NCBI GenBank assembly: GCA_000146045.2
Contig: BK006945.2
Location: 64,001-128,000 of the forward strand
Length of the DNA: 64,000 nucleotides
Source: TPA_inf: Saccharomyces
Lineage: Eukaryota
Direction of reading: 5' to 3'
A program made the position numbers and the translations under genes. The notes below the pieces were generated by a model. It did not search any database, had not been told where the DNA came from, and saw only the letters and a program-made list of their open reading frames with translations. This document shows positions 10,270 through 20,803 of this stretch, in pieces. Numbering within the stretch: the stretch's first letter is position 1; every line of letters starts with the position of its first letter.

Positions 10270-12747
10270 TCATTTTCTGCCATTTTGATATTTATGCCTA
10301 TTATTGGTTTGAGCTTTATTAGAGTTGGCATAATTATAATCGTACTCGTATGTATATCCGTATCCATACCCATATCCGTTGTAATAAGTGTTTGGTATAT
10401 ATCCTTTGATGGCTTGGGCTCCTCCTACCGTCGTTATAACAGGCATTTTGTGGCGTTGTGGTGAGGCTCCTGATTGGCTGGTATTATCGATGGTCGTACG
10501 ACTTTTGGCATTATTCATTGATCTGAAATTGCCATTGGTATTGCTATTACTGGTGTTACTCTTGCTGGAGGCAGACCCTAGAACAAATTTTTTAATTATT
10601 TTTTTAAATATTATTTTCGTCTTTTGTGTTTCCAAATAATTGGATAGTAATTCGATTGCTTTTGTTAGAGTATTCTCATTAGTATCCTTTTCAAAAGTAA
10701 AAGTGATAAGGTCCTTCTCAAAAGTTACAATTATGTTCATAATTTGCAAAAATGGAACAACAATTAGGTTATAAAATTCGTATTCTTTATTGGGATCTAT
10801 CTCTTGATCTATTTTGAACTCGTATTCATAACCAAACGCACTATTAACCAATTCGTTAGCGGCTCTTGATGCATTCTCATCATTTCCTTGTATACTCAAT
10901 TGAGATGTTCCATCCAAGGGCTCTTTTAACGGTATCATTATGTAAACATTTTCGTTCTTTTCGATTTGTCCTATAATATTCTTTTGGCCGTTAACATGCA
11001 AAATATGTCTATATTGCCCACTAGAAAATCTAATGAGCGTCTTCGATTGTAAACTATCATATTCTTGAACAATTTGTTTTAAATCATTCTTGGCTAGGCA
11101 TATATTAGCTTTGTTTTTCCTGGGGCACCTAATTATCACATTATCATACCTGATCATAGAAATTTTATTTTGTGGAAGATTGAAACTATTGGAAAACTGA
11201 ATGAAGACGTTATGCTTTCTCATTGTGGCTTGAATTAAGGAACCACCTGTACCTATAATCGGTCTGTGACAAACTTCAGGAATGAAGAAAGATTCTTCGG
11301 CAGGAAATTCATTTATAACATTCTTAAATGATTCCTTGAAATCAGGGAAAGAGTCACTAACCAAATTTAAATAAAGGTTATCATCTTCCTCTTCCATTTC
11401 CAGTTGAATTAAGCAAGCAGATAGTTCCATTATACGTGTTAATTTACCATTTTTCTTGCCTGATATGAAGTCTTCAAAATCAGGATGTATCTCGAAAATG
11501 GCTTTTATCTGTCTTAAGTTTGGATTAATCACTTGATTTGAGCCCATAATAAAATCAGATAAGTAATGCAATATGGAAGTATCGGACGCCTCATCTGTGG
11601 AAGATTGGTTACCAACTACTATTAATTGGTTGAAGGAATCCTCTTTGGGAGTTATTACTACAATTTGGTTTCCAGTGTGTCCGAAAAAGCTGTCGATTAT
11701 TAATTCCGGGGACATTGCGCAGTTTTCATTGAGTGAAATCTGTACTTCTACAATTTCATGTAATACTTGAATAGTGAAGTTCTTAATAACCATTTCTAAT
11801 AAGTTCGTGGAAATCGATTGAAATTCAATGTATTCGTTAGTAACTCTAATAAGCGATTGGTATTTCAAAATTAACTGGTTTACCTTTTGTTGGTAGTATT
11901 TTCGGATAAACAGTAGTTTTCCTGGGGTAATATTAGTCAATCGACGATAAAAAAAACTCTTTGAATTCACGCTTATGGACTCACGTAGAGTTTTCCTAGC
12001 CAGTAAACTTAGTGAATGGACAGCGCCTGAGAAGAAGATTTGTGGATTTGCCTTAAGATCCCTAGACAGCGTAATGAGGGAAGGTGCGTAAATGCTGGTT
12101 TTAAAAGCTCTGGATATATGTTTGAAGTTTTCCATATCTACACCCATATATAAGGGAAGCACAGAGTATGAGTTCAGTTCCATAGGTTCGATAATGTAGT
12201 GTTGTGGAGGCAAAGTCATACCATTCTTCTTTATTAAATCGACAAATGCCAATAACTGGGGTTCGCATTCCATTAAATTAGATCGGAATCCTAATGCATG
12301 CACGTAAATACATAATTCCTTGCTCTCGCCTGTCTGTTCTGGTGTGAAGTAAGCTGGTTCTTTGGTGATGATTAGTTCTAAATTGAATTTTTCACTCAAG
12401 TCCAATAGTATACGTTTCATTTTTTCCAATTCTGCTGTTAGATCATTTGTGTTCATAGGTAAGGGCAAAGAAATCCTGCAAATAGCATCGAGGTCCATAT
12501 CATCTGTGGTAGCTTTTATTGAGATCATGTCATCTCTAATGAAAGAAGCATTTAGATTGACCCATGAGGGATCTATATGACAGATTGCTTTTGTGTTTTT
12601 AAGTTCTTTGGAGCTTATTCTTTTTTGAAGAAATTCAACTAAAAAAGGTGCTTCTATGGGCTTCCATAATCTATTTGTCGTGTATAAGTGTGGAACTTGT
12701 AAAAAAGCAGTTGTGATAACTGTACTGTAAATTTTGAAGTTATCCAT
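10270..12747 (-). CDS. Uncharacterised KH-domain-like cytoplasmic protein YLL032C, 825 aa
   Basis: The ORF is 825 aa, and its length and position match YLL032C. I do not assign a function from the sequence. Confidence 0.8.
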   Translation of the reverse strand: MDNFKIYSTVITTAFLQVPHLYTTNRLWKPIEAPFLVEFLQKRISSKELKNTKAICHIDPSWVNLNASFIRDDMISIKATTDDMDLDAICRISLPLPMNTNDLTAELEKMKRILLDLSEKFNLELIITKEPAYFTPEQTGESKELCIYVHALGFRSNLMECEPQLLAFVDLIKKNGMTLPPQHYIIEPMELNSYSVLPLYMGVDMENFKHISRAFKTSIYAPSLITLSRDLKANPQIFFSGAVHSLSLLARKTLRESISVNSKSFFYRRLTNITPGKLLFIRKYYQQKVNQLILKYQSLIRVTNEYIEFQSISTNLLEMVIKNFTIQVLHEIVEVQISLNENCAMSPELIIDSFFGHTGNQIVVITPKEDSFNQLIVVGNQSSTDEASDTSILHYLSDFIMGSNQVINPNLRQIKAIFEIHPDFEDFISGKKNGKLTRIMELSACLIQLEMEEEDDNLYLNLVSDSFPDFKESFKNVINEFPAEESFFIPEVCHRPIIGTGGSLIQATMRKHNVFIQFSNSFNLPQNKISMIRYDNVIIRCPRKNKANICLAKNDLKQIVQEYDSLQSKTLIRFSSGQYRHILHVNGQKNIIGQIEKNENVYIMIPLKEPLDGTSQLSIQGNDENASRAANELVNSAFGYEYEFKIDQEIDPNKEYEFYNLIVVPFLQIMNIIVTFEKDLITFTFEKDTNENTLTKAIELLSNYLETQKTKIIFKKIIKKFVLGSASSKSNTSNSNTNGNFRSMNNAKSRTTIDNTSQSGASPQRHKMPVITTVGGAQAIKGYIPNTYYNGYGYGYGYTYEYDYNYANSNKAQTNNRHKYQNGRK

Positions 12748-13151
12748 GCCTCAACCGTGTGTTTACTGCTGTTTTTCTTTTTAAACAATTGTGTAGACTT
12801 AACCTCTGCGGGCTTGAATAGTGCTTCAAAAGGTTCAGGTAGTCAAGAGGTTAGCTATATAAACAAAGATGACTTTTCATCCTTTATTTCTTTTATTTTG
12901 TTTTTGTTTTTTGCCTTTGTGGAAAAAAAACAATCTACAAGCGAAAAGAAAAATTTTGGAGAAAAATATAATTTAGGATTACAAGAAAGTGATAGAAAAA
13001 TGTACAATCTTAAAAGAATAAAGCTGCAGAAAAGAGATGCTTTTGCTTTCAAATTTTTGCAATATCAAGAGATATGATTTACTTGTATCTAAATTACATG
13101 TAGATATATATATATAGTATATTTGTAAGTAAAGAGTGGAAATGAAGTTCG

Positions 13152-16100
13152 TCATTTCCAAAAAATGTCATTTATGTGCTTAATCAATCTCCCACTAGCA
13201 AATGCAATTGTACCAAAAGTAACGACCAGTTGAGTGACTATTAAACTTAAAGAAGCAAAGATAAACCTTGGGCAGAAGATTTTCCAAACCATCAAGTGTC
13301 TACGGAAGTGAGTAACCCAAATAAAGGAGCTTAGACATAAAATAGTATTGTAAGTGAGTAATATACCGCAGTTTGACACAATTCTTCCTAAAAGTGTTTG
13401 TGGCTTCAACACATCAGGAGGCTGTGACCACAGTGTCAGTAACGCTACAGATAAGGAGACGAGAATATGAGGCCCAAATGTATTTAGGATGATGGCTATC
13501 TGAGTGAAGGGGAACGTTACCTTTTCAGACAGCATAAATCCGATATCCCATTGCACTGATGGAATTGTGGCTTGATGACCGGTGGTGAAAAAATGTTGGT
13601 AAGATAAGAGTCCCAACGCAATTGGACCAATTATGTTTTCCTTTAATTTTAAAAGATCGATAATTTCTAAAATTGATAGTAGTTGGTTGCACATGAGGAA
13701 GTATGACAACTGGGCCAGGGGTTTGTTGAATAGTAGGATACTAATGAGAACGTTTATGACCAAAAGAAAAAACTCTGAGCCGTAAATATTAGTATAACCT
13801 AAAATTGTTGCTTCGTGAGACTTAACATCAGTATTATGAATGTTTAATTTAATACAAAGTGGTCCCATTAGCCAGCCGACATTAGAAGCAATCAATGAAA
13901 AACCGGCAATAATTCTAGCCAACGTAAATTTAAAAATAGTGACGTCCCGTAAGAACGGTATTGCTATTACCGCACTGTTATTTTCTAATGAAGTCAATGA
14001 CCAATAAACAAAGTTCAAACCAAGGATACCCTTTAGGAAAACGTTTATCCAAATTGGAGCTGCAGCTTGATAAGACGATGTTAGATTATAATAACCGGTG
14101 ATGCATGCAGGTAATATGAATATCATTAGGAAACAGAGACCCAAAACCCACCACGAGGAATTGTTTTGATTATTAAATGTTGGAATACAATATTCGCCTT
14201 GTTCCTCTCTACAAATGGTAATCATAGAAGCTAACCGGGTAAAAATGATTAAAACTGCAGAATGGTAACCTCCTAGTAATCTTGCAAATCTTGTTAATGG
14301 TAAGTAATTTGAATTTGCTGTCGAAGGATTGACCCCTGAAGTGGTTCCTTCCTTTTCACTGATTGTTGCAGTTAATAATGCAGTGGTGGATTGCCTTTTT
14401 GGTAAGAAGACAAATTCATACAACGTCAACATGCCGAAAGTAGATAAAAGGAATGCTACAATTCTATCCTCCCAAATAGTAAATGAATTGGAAGTGAAAA
14501 GCAAAGCATGAATAATCATAAACATGACAGCAATTCTTGACCAATAATCAGCTAATGTTTCACCCAGTCTCATAGCAATCCAAATAAAGTTGTACCTATC
14601 AAATATTGTGATATAACAACCAATAATGATACCAATTGCAGTCGCTAACAGGGTACCCCAGAATTGGTCTACAAAACTTGGTTGTTGATAAACGTAAAAA
14701 ATTCCATGGAAACATAGGTTTGTAACTAAGACCATTATGATAATTCCCGGAACGAATTCTGGAACCATTTGATTCACAACAATAGAAGGAATTAATTTTG
14801 TAATGGATATCAACAGGACCAGTGAAGTGGCCAGTAGCGTTATACCGGTGGCAATGGAATAATAATCGAATTTGGCCCATAGTTCTTCGCAGGTCTGCAA
14901 GAAGACCTTTTGGTATTTATGACCCAGCTTAACAAATTTTTCTGGATCGCTTGTTGGGGGGGTGTTAGATATATTTTTCGCTAACGGTTCCAATATTTCG
15001 TCATTGCCATGGTGGATCTGCATCGTGTCCTTATATAATTGTAATTGGCTTATCGCTGAGTTGACAAATTGAGACCATTCTCTATCGTTTCTTGCTATTT
15101 CGTCAATAGGCCATCCAAGATTGTTAAATGGTATCGGTTGGCCCATCAATAACGCCAAACTAGACACCAAATCAATTTGTCTCACTGAACGGTAATCGTG
15201 TCCCAAATTATCAATGTTGTAATTCGAAGTTTCTTTAAGTCTCCACATGTCCGGCTTCTTAGAATAAAGAAATAAAGTGCTTTCGAGCTCGTCGATGGAG
15301 TCGCCACCGTGATTGCCCGTATGGTCCATTCCATGGTCACCCAAAATAACCAATAAGGTATCATCATCGATCGATTTTAGTATCCAATCGATAAATTGAT
15401 CTACTTGAATTTGTTTTTCCCTCATAGTAAAATGGTCGGGGCCATATTTGTGGCCCACATGGTCAATACCTAGCATGTGTCCAATCATGACGTCCCATTC
15501 CTTGTCCTGCTGTAAATGATCATGGAAGTAATCCATAACACCGTTATCGACAGTATCTAAGTCCCACACATTGAGTGATTCTAGTGGGAAACTATCGTTG
15601 GAAAGGAACGGATGGAACAGAGCCATCCATGTATCATCTCCGGCAAATTTGACAGTCTTATTTGCCAAATGGAGCTGTTTAAGAAAGTTATCCTCTTCGA
15701 TTACTGTTCCATCGAAGTTAGACCCGGCATCAATGAAAGTCGGTAAGGACCCTGTTGTGAGACCCTTGAGTCTTTGTAAAGTAGTGGTTGGTGGGTCGGC
15801 AATGAACTTCAACAATAGGGAAGATGCATCCTTATCGCTTGCAAAAGAATCATACAATGATAATATATTATTATGATAGTTCAAGTTGTAATTAGAGTGG
15901 GATTCGTTTACAGGAATAGCGAAATCAAATCTCAAAGCGTCAATAACCAAAATCACCGCCTTGTTGAACCTAGGAGGTAACTTACTCGTTTCGTTTTGTG
16001 AGGAAATATTATCAAGAACGTGTCTTGACAGTAAGAATCCCCGAGTGAAAAAAGCTATTGATATGAATTGTAAAATGGCGATGAAAACCAATAGAATAAT

Positions 16101-16205
16101 ATAAAATTTATGATTCTTTTGAAATTTCTTTATTCGCGATTTGTATATTATTTTTTCATCATTGGAAGATGAAAGAATCGACTTTTTAATTGTCTTTTCA
16201 TCCAT
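13152..16205 (-). CDS. GPI13: GPI-anchor ethanolamine-phosphate transferase (PIG-O family), multi-pass membrane protein, 1017 aa from the first ATG
   Basis: The tracked ORF 13152..16229 starts at a GTG. The first ATG (MDEKTIKKSILSS...) gives 1017 aa, the known GPI13 length. It has an N-terminal alkaline-phosphatase-like sulfatase domain (HMLGIDHVGH) and a C-terminal polytopic region. Confidence 0.9.
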   Translation of the reverse strand: MDEKTIKKSILSSSNDEKIIYKSRIKKFQKNHKFYIILLVFIAILQFISIAFFTRGFLLSRHVLDNISSQNETSKLPPRFNKAVILVIDALRFDFAIPVNESHSNYNLNYHNNILSLYDSFASDKDASSLLLKFIADPPTTTLQRLKGLTTGSLPTFIDAGSNFDGTVIEEDNFLKQLHLANKTVKFAGDDTWMALFHPFLSNDSFPLESLNVWDLDTVDNGVMDYFHDHLQQDKEWDVMIGHMLGIDHVGHKYGPDHFTMREKQIQVDQFIDWILKSIDDDTLLVILGDHGMDHTGNHGGDSIDELESTLFLYSKKPDMWRLKETSNYNIDNLGHDYRSVRQIDLVSSLALLMGQPIPFNNLGWPIDEIARNDREWSQFVNSAISQLQLYKDTMQIHHGNDEILEPLAKNISNTPPTSDPEKFVKLGHKYQKVFLQTCEELWAKFDYYSIATGITLLATSLVLLISITKLIPSIVVNQMVPEFVPGIIIMVLVTNLCFHGIFYVYQQPSFVDQFWGTLLATAIGIIIGCYITIFDRYNFIWIAMRLGETLADYWSRIAVMFMIIHALLFTSNSFTIWEDRIVAFLLSTFGMLTLYEFVFLPKRQSTTALLTATISEKEGTTSGVNPSTANSNYLPLTRFARLLGGYHSAVLIIFTRLASMITICREEQGEYCIPTFNNQNNSSWWVLGLCFLMIFILPACITGYYNLTSSYQAAAPIWINVFLKGILGLNFVYWSLTSLENNSAVIAIPFLRDVTIFKFTLARIIAGFSLIASNVGWLMGPLCIKLNIHNTDVKSHEATILGYTNIYGSEFFLLVINVLISILLFNKPLAQLSYFLMCNQLLSILEIIDLLKLKENIIGPIALGLLSYQHFFTTGHQATIPSVQWDIGFMLSEKVTFPFTQIAIILNTFGPHILVSLSVALLTLWSQPPDVLKPQTLLGRIVSNCGILLTYNTILCLSSFIWVTHFRRHLMVWKIFCPRFIFASLSLIVTQLVVTFGTIAFASGRLIKHINDIFWK

Positions 16206-16355
16206 ATTACGGGAGCTTTTTTTTTCCACTTAATGTATTGATCTTCCTCCCGTTCTTTGACGATTCGGCGTTGCCCTTAAAACATATGCTTCTATTCCTT
16301 TTTTGATCTTACCCATTTATTTGTTTTTTTTTATTTTCCGGTGGACAACAAAATG

Positions 16356-16697
16356 TTAAAGGAAAAAAGAAAGTACCTTGCTCGTCATCGCGCTTGCATA
16401 ATGTGCGCCATTACCCTGTAACAAAAACAAAAGATAGAGTGGCAACAACTTGACACAACTTTGCAATTGTACCATGAACCCCAACAAGAAAGGCGGTTGA
16501 GAGTAAATGATGTGGTTTGGTTCCTTTTTTTTCCTACATTTAAGGTTCATAGAGAAGAAAATTTTCTGAAATGTCTTTTCCTCTTTTAATGAATTGTAAA
16601 AAAGCCAGTATTGGAATAATATTCTATTCAATATAGTAAGAAAAGAGGCAATGGGCAGAAATCTTCTCCCGCATAATCCTTTAAATGCAAAATACAT
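16356..16697 (-). CDS. Dubious 113-aa ORF (YLL030C/RRT7), unlikely to be protein-coding
   Basis: It lies in the GPI13-FRA1 intergenic region, has low complexity and no recognisable domain. The length matches the dubious ORF annotated at this locus. Confidence 0.2.
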   Translation of the reverse strand: MYFAFKGLCGRRFLPIASFLTILNRILFQYWLFYNSLKEEKTFQKIFFSMNLKCRKKKEPNHIIYSQPPFLLGFMVQLQSCVKLLPLYLLFLLQGNGAHYASAMTSKVLSFFL

Positions 16698-17460
16698 GTT
16701 AGGCGTCTAAATTTTTTTCAGTGAATCCAGATGCAGAAACATTTAAACAATAAATATCTTAAACCCATTTTGAAGCATCGGCGGCTAAAAAAATGATTTT
16801 GCATGGAAAAAAATGAGAGCTGTGAACCCAATAAAAAAGACAGCTTTTTAAAAATGTATAACGGTACATTAAGCTCTTGTTTATTCCTCAAACTGCTCCT
16901 AAAAACCATCCTCTCAAAAATAATAATGATAGCTGAAGATTATCTGCCACGAAATGCCATTGAGCCGCTTACTTGTAGGTTTTCATGAGTAATAACGAAG
17001 ATAATTTACCCGTCTTTATAACCCACGTAAAAATAAACATATAATTATTTCTTATTATTTCAACTAACCGTTAAAGTGTTCAAATATGGTAGAAAGCTTT
17101 CCCTATGTGCATTATGATTATCTTTTAGCCGCCAGAGTTTAGTTTAATTTTGTTTTGTTTTTGACGACTTCTGGTGTTACCCGAAGGTATATCCCCGGGT
17201 GACCCCTAAAAATCGCACCCCATTTTCCCGAATTTTCTTCTACGTTTTCTTTTTTCAGAAATACTTCGAATGAGGGATGGAACAAGAAGGAAGCGACATA
17301 CAAAAACTGAGTCAGTTTAGTCTTAATAGGTGCAATATTTACAAATACAGGAAAGGCAGGAAGCACTGGCAAAAAGACTGCATAGCTAAAAAAAAAAAGA
17401 ATAAAAAAAAAACGGAGACCTCAACAGAGCGAAACCAATAATTACAAACAAAATCTTCAT

Positions 17461-19710
17461 ATGACTTCGAAACCATCCACCAGTGACGGCAGGGCTCACT
17501 CGATTTCCCATGTACCTGGCACGCACATGAGAGGAACATCGGCATCACACAGCCCCAGACCGTTTAGGCCATGTGCGGATTGTACGTGTTCTCCAGGCTT
17601 ACTGTCTAGGCAAGGTCGTAGAGCCTCTCTATTTTTAAGACAGTTAGAAAATTCAAGGAGGTCCTCCAGCATGCTTCTCAACGAGTTGAAGGGCGCTGGC
17701 GGAGGTAGCAGTGCTGGAAATGGGTCTGTTTACTCATGTGACTCTCTATGCGCTGTTAACAGGGAAGTTAACACTACTGATAGATTGTTGAAGTTGCGTC
17801 AGGAGATGAAGAAACACGATTTGTGTTGTTATATTGTGCCCAGTTGTGACGAACATCAGTCCGAATATGTATCATTGCGAGATCAAAGGCGCGCCTTCAT
17901 TTCAGGGTTTTCCGGATCGGCCGGTGTAGCCTGTATCACCAGAGACTTGTTAAATTTCAACGATGACCATCCGGATGGGAAATCCATTTTGAGTACTGAT
18001 GGAAGATATTTCAATCAAGCTAGACAAGAACTAGATTATAATTGGACACTTTTGAGGCAAAACGAAGACCCAATCACTTGGCAAGAATGGTGTGTCAGAG
18101 AAGCTTTGGAAATGGCCAAGGGACTTGGCAATAAAGAGGGAATGGTGTTGAAGATAGGTATTGACCCAAAACTTATCACTTTCAACGACTATGTTTCTTT
18201 TAGAAAAATGATTGACACTAAATATGACGCAAAGGGTAAAGTGGAGCTGGTTCCCGTGGAGGAAAACTTAGTTGACAGTATTTGGCCTGATTTTGAAACT
18301 CTACCTGAAAGGCCTTGTAACGATTTACTACTGTTAAAATACGAGTTTCATGGTGAAGAATTCAAAGACAAGAAGGAAAAGTTACTGAAAAAGCTGAATG
18401 ATAAGGCTTCCTCTGCGACGACCGGTAGGAATACTTTCATAGTAGTTGCGTTGGATGAAATTTGTTGGTTGTTGAACTTGCGTGGATCCGACATTGACTA
18501 TAATCCAGTTTTTTTCTCCTACGTGGCTATTAACGAAGACGAAACCATTCTTTTCACCAATAACCCCTTCAATGATGACATATCGGAATATTTTAAGATA
18601 AACGGTATTGAAGTCAGACCTTACGAACAGATATGGGAACATTTAACAAAGATAACTTCGCAGGCTTCTTCTGCGGAGCATGAATTTTTGATTCCTGATA
18701 GTGCATCGTGGCAGATGGTTCGTTGTTTGAACACCTCAACCAACGCTAACGGTGCAATAGCTAAAAAAATGACTGCACAAAACTTTGCGATAATTCACTC
18801 ACCCATCGATGTTTTGAAATCTATCAAGAATGACATCGAAATAAAAAACGCACACAAGGCGCAGGTCAAAGACGCAGTATGTTTAGTGCAGTATTTTGCA
18901 TGGCTGGAGCAGCAATTAGTGGGGCGCGAGGCACTGATAGATGAATATCGTGCCGCAGAAAAATTGACCGAGATTAGGAAAACCCAAAGGAACTTCATGG
19001 GCAATTCCTTCGAAACAATATCCTCCACAGGTAGTAACGCCGCCATCATACATTATTCGCCGCCCGTAGAGAACTCTTCGATGATTGATCCTACCAAGAT
19101 ATATCTTTGCGACTCCGGTTCGCAATTCTTGGAGGGTACAACTGATATAACAAGAACAATTCACTTAACAAAGCCAACCAAAGAAGAAATGGATAATTAC
19201 ACACTGGTACTTAAAGGTGGCTTAGCCCTAGAGAGGTTGATTTTTCCCGAAAACACTCCCGGGTTTAATATCGACGCCATCGCTAGGCAGTTTTTATGGT
19301 CCCGCGGGTTAGATTACAAACATGGCACAGGCCATGGTATCGGATCATTTTTAAACGTTCACGAAGGACCCATGGGTGTCGGCTTTAGGCCACATCTGAT
19401 GAATTTCCCCTTAAGAGCGGGTAACATAATAAGTAACGAACCAGGTTATTATAAGGATGGTGAGTATGGTATCAGGATTGAAAGCGACATGTTAATCAAG
19501 AAGGCCACTGAGAAGGGTAACTTCTTGAAATTCGAAAACATGACTGTGGTTCCCTATTGCAGGAAGTTGATCAATACTAAGTTACTAAACGAAGAAGAAA
19601 AAACACAGATTAACGAGTACCACGCAAGGGTATGGAGGACAATAGTGCATTTTCTGCAGCCTCAGAGTATTTCATACAAGTGGCTGAAAAGAGAAACAAG
19701 CCCACTATGA
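17461..19710 (+). CDS. FRA1: Aminopeptidase P-like (M24B family) protein involved in iron-regulon signalling, 749 aa
   Basis: The ORF is 749 aa and the C-terminus has the M24 pita-bread fold signature (HGTGHGIGSFLNVHE). Length and position match FRA1. Confidence 0.9.
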   Translation: MTSKPSTSDGRAHSISHVPGTHMRGTSASHSPRPFRPCADCTCSPGLLSRQGRRASLFLRQLENSRRSSSMLLNELKGAGGGSSAGNGSVYSCDSLCAVNREVNTTDRLLKLRQEMKKHDLCCYIVPSCDEHQSEYVSLRDQRRAFISGFSGSAGVACITRDLLNFNDDHPDGKSILSTDGRYFNQARQELDYNWTLLRQNEDPITWQEWCVREALEMAKGLGNKEGMVLKIGIDPKLITFNDYVSFRKMIDTKYDAKGKVELVPVEENLVDSIWPDFETLPERPCNDLLLLKYEFHGEEFKDKKEKLLKKLNDKASSATTGRNTFIVVALDEICWLLNLRGSDIDYNPVFFSYVAINEDETILFTNNPFNDDISEYFKINGIEVRPYEQIWEHLTKITSQASSAEHEFLIPDSASWQMVRCLNTSTNANGAIAKKMTAQNFAIIHSPIDVLKSIKNDIEIKNAHKAQVKDAVCLVQYFAWLEQQLVGREALIDEYRAAEKLTEIRKTQRNFMGNSFETISSTGSNAAIIHYSPPVENSSMIDPTKIYLCDSGSQFLEGTTDITRTIHLTKPTKEEMDNYTLVLKGGLALERLIFPENTPGFNIDAIARQFLWSRGLDYKHGTGHGIGSFLNVHEGPMGVGFRPHLMNFPLRAGNIISNEPGYYKDGEYGIRIESDMLIKKATEKGNFLKFENMTVVPYCRKLINTKLLNEEEKTQINEYHARVWRTIVHFLQPQSISYKWLKRETSPL

Positions 19711-20259
19711 CTTCGAGGCGAGCGGGGCGCAATACAATTAATGTTAGTATTTATTCTAAGTAGTTTCTTTCTTTTTATTTAATTTGAGTGATAACAATAA
19801 CAACAATAATGACTAAAAGGTGAAAATTGAAAACATTACCTTCATTTTTTTACGGCCGGAGAGGGGTAGGTACACTTAACCCCGAGCGCTTTTAGTGCCA
19901 AAAAGAGTTAATGTGCGTAGTCGGATTTTAAACGACCATGCATGTACAGCCCCCTAGTGATTTATACTGATGCCTCATCAAGAAATTTTTTCATCCAGGG
20001 TCCCTGCTCGGCGAACCTTTCCGCAAGAGTCACAAAAATCAATCTTATAACCAGGCACCAGTAGTACTGCCAAGCTTGGACTACATAGCCAACGTAAAGA
20101 CAAGGAGTCTGATTTAGTATTTCTTTTTTGCCAGCCAGTATTTTCTGCGCAGGATAGATTATTTTAAGAGCCGAGAATTCCTTATGCGGGCCCGGTCACA
20201 ACGGATTATAGGTTCCGCCAGACCCCGTTGCTTTGGTTCCATGGAGCAGGAGCAGGATT

Positions 20260-20267
20260 TTCCGTGG
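20260..20267. promoter_or_regulatory. Pdr1/Pdr3 response element variant TCCGTGGA, about 540 bp upstream of TPO1
   Basis: The exact octamer TCCGTGGA is present. This variant PDRE occurs in PDR5 and SNQ2 promoters, and TPO1 is a known Pdr1/Pdr3 target. It sits in an unusually GC-rich promoter segment. Confidence 0.45.
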
Positions 20268-20803
20268 AAAGAGAAGCACCGAGCGAAAAGCGGATACGGA
20301 AGGCGGATGCGGAAACGGATGCGGACGCGGAAGGAAGGAAGGAAGCAAACCCTTCCGTCTATGTCGCTATGAAGCCGTCTCACAGTAGAGCCATTCGAGA
20401 TTTCCGTCCGTCGGTACACAGAAATCTTCGTATCGGGAGTTTTACTTTAAAAGGAAACGATCGTAGGAATTCCCTAAAGAAAAAGGAAGAAAAATTTAAC
20501 GTTGAACATTGTCATTTTCTTTTTTTTTTTTATGTGTGCAGAATATACTATCAAGTAATGTGTTCTATATATAAAGGGTACCTCATTTGATCTTGATGTT
20601 TCTTTCTGCTCGTATGCCTTGAGTCACCAGTTTTCAAAAATAATCTTGGTCTATAGAAGAGAAAAATCCAATAATCTGAAATTGGTTCTTCGCACCCTTG
20701 CAACGAGATCATATACTAAATATCGGGAACTCTTTATTTCTGGATCTTTTATCAGTCACTTTTTTTTTTAGTCAAAGAAGCAAGAGAAAACTAGACAGAG
20801 ACA

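Noticed and set aside
20159-20590. Three overlapping ORFs (86, 62 and 120 aa) on both strands upstream of TPO1
   Set aside because: They occur only because this promoter segment is GC-rich and poor in stop codons. The translations are Arg/Gly/Ala-rich low complexity. I interpret the segment as regulatory DNA (see the finding above).
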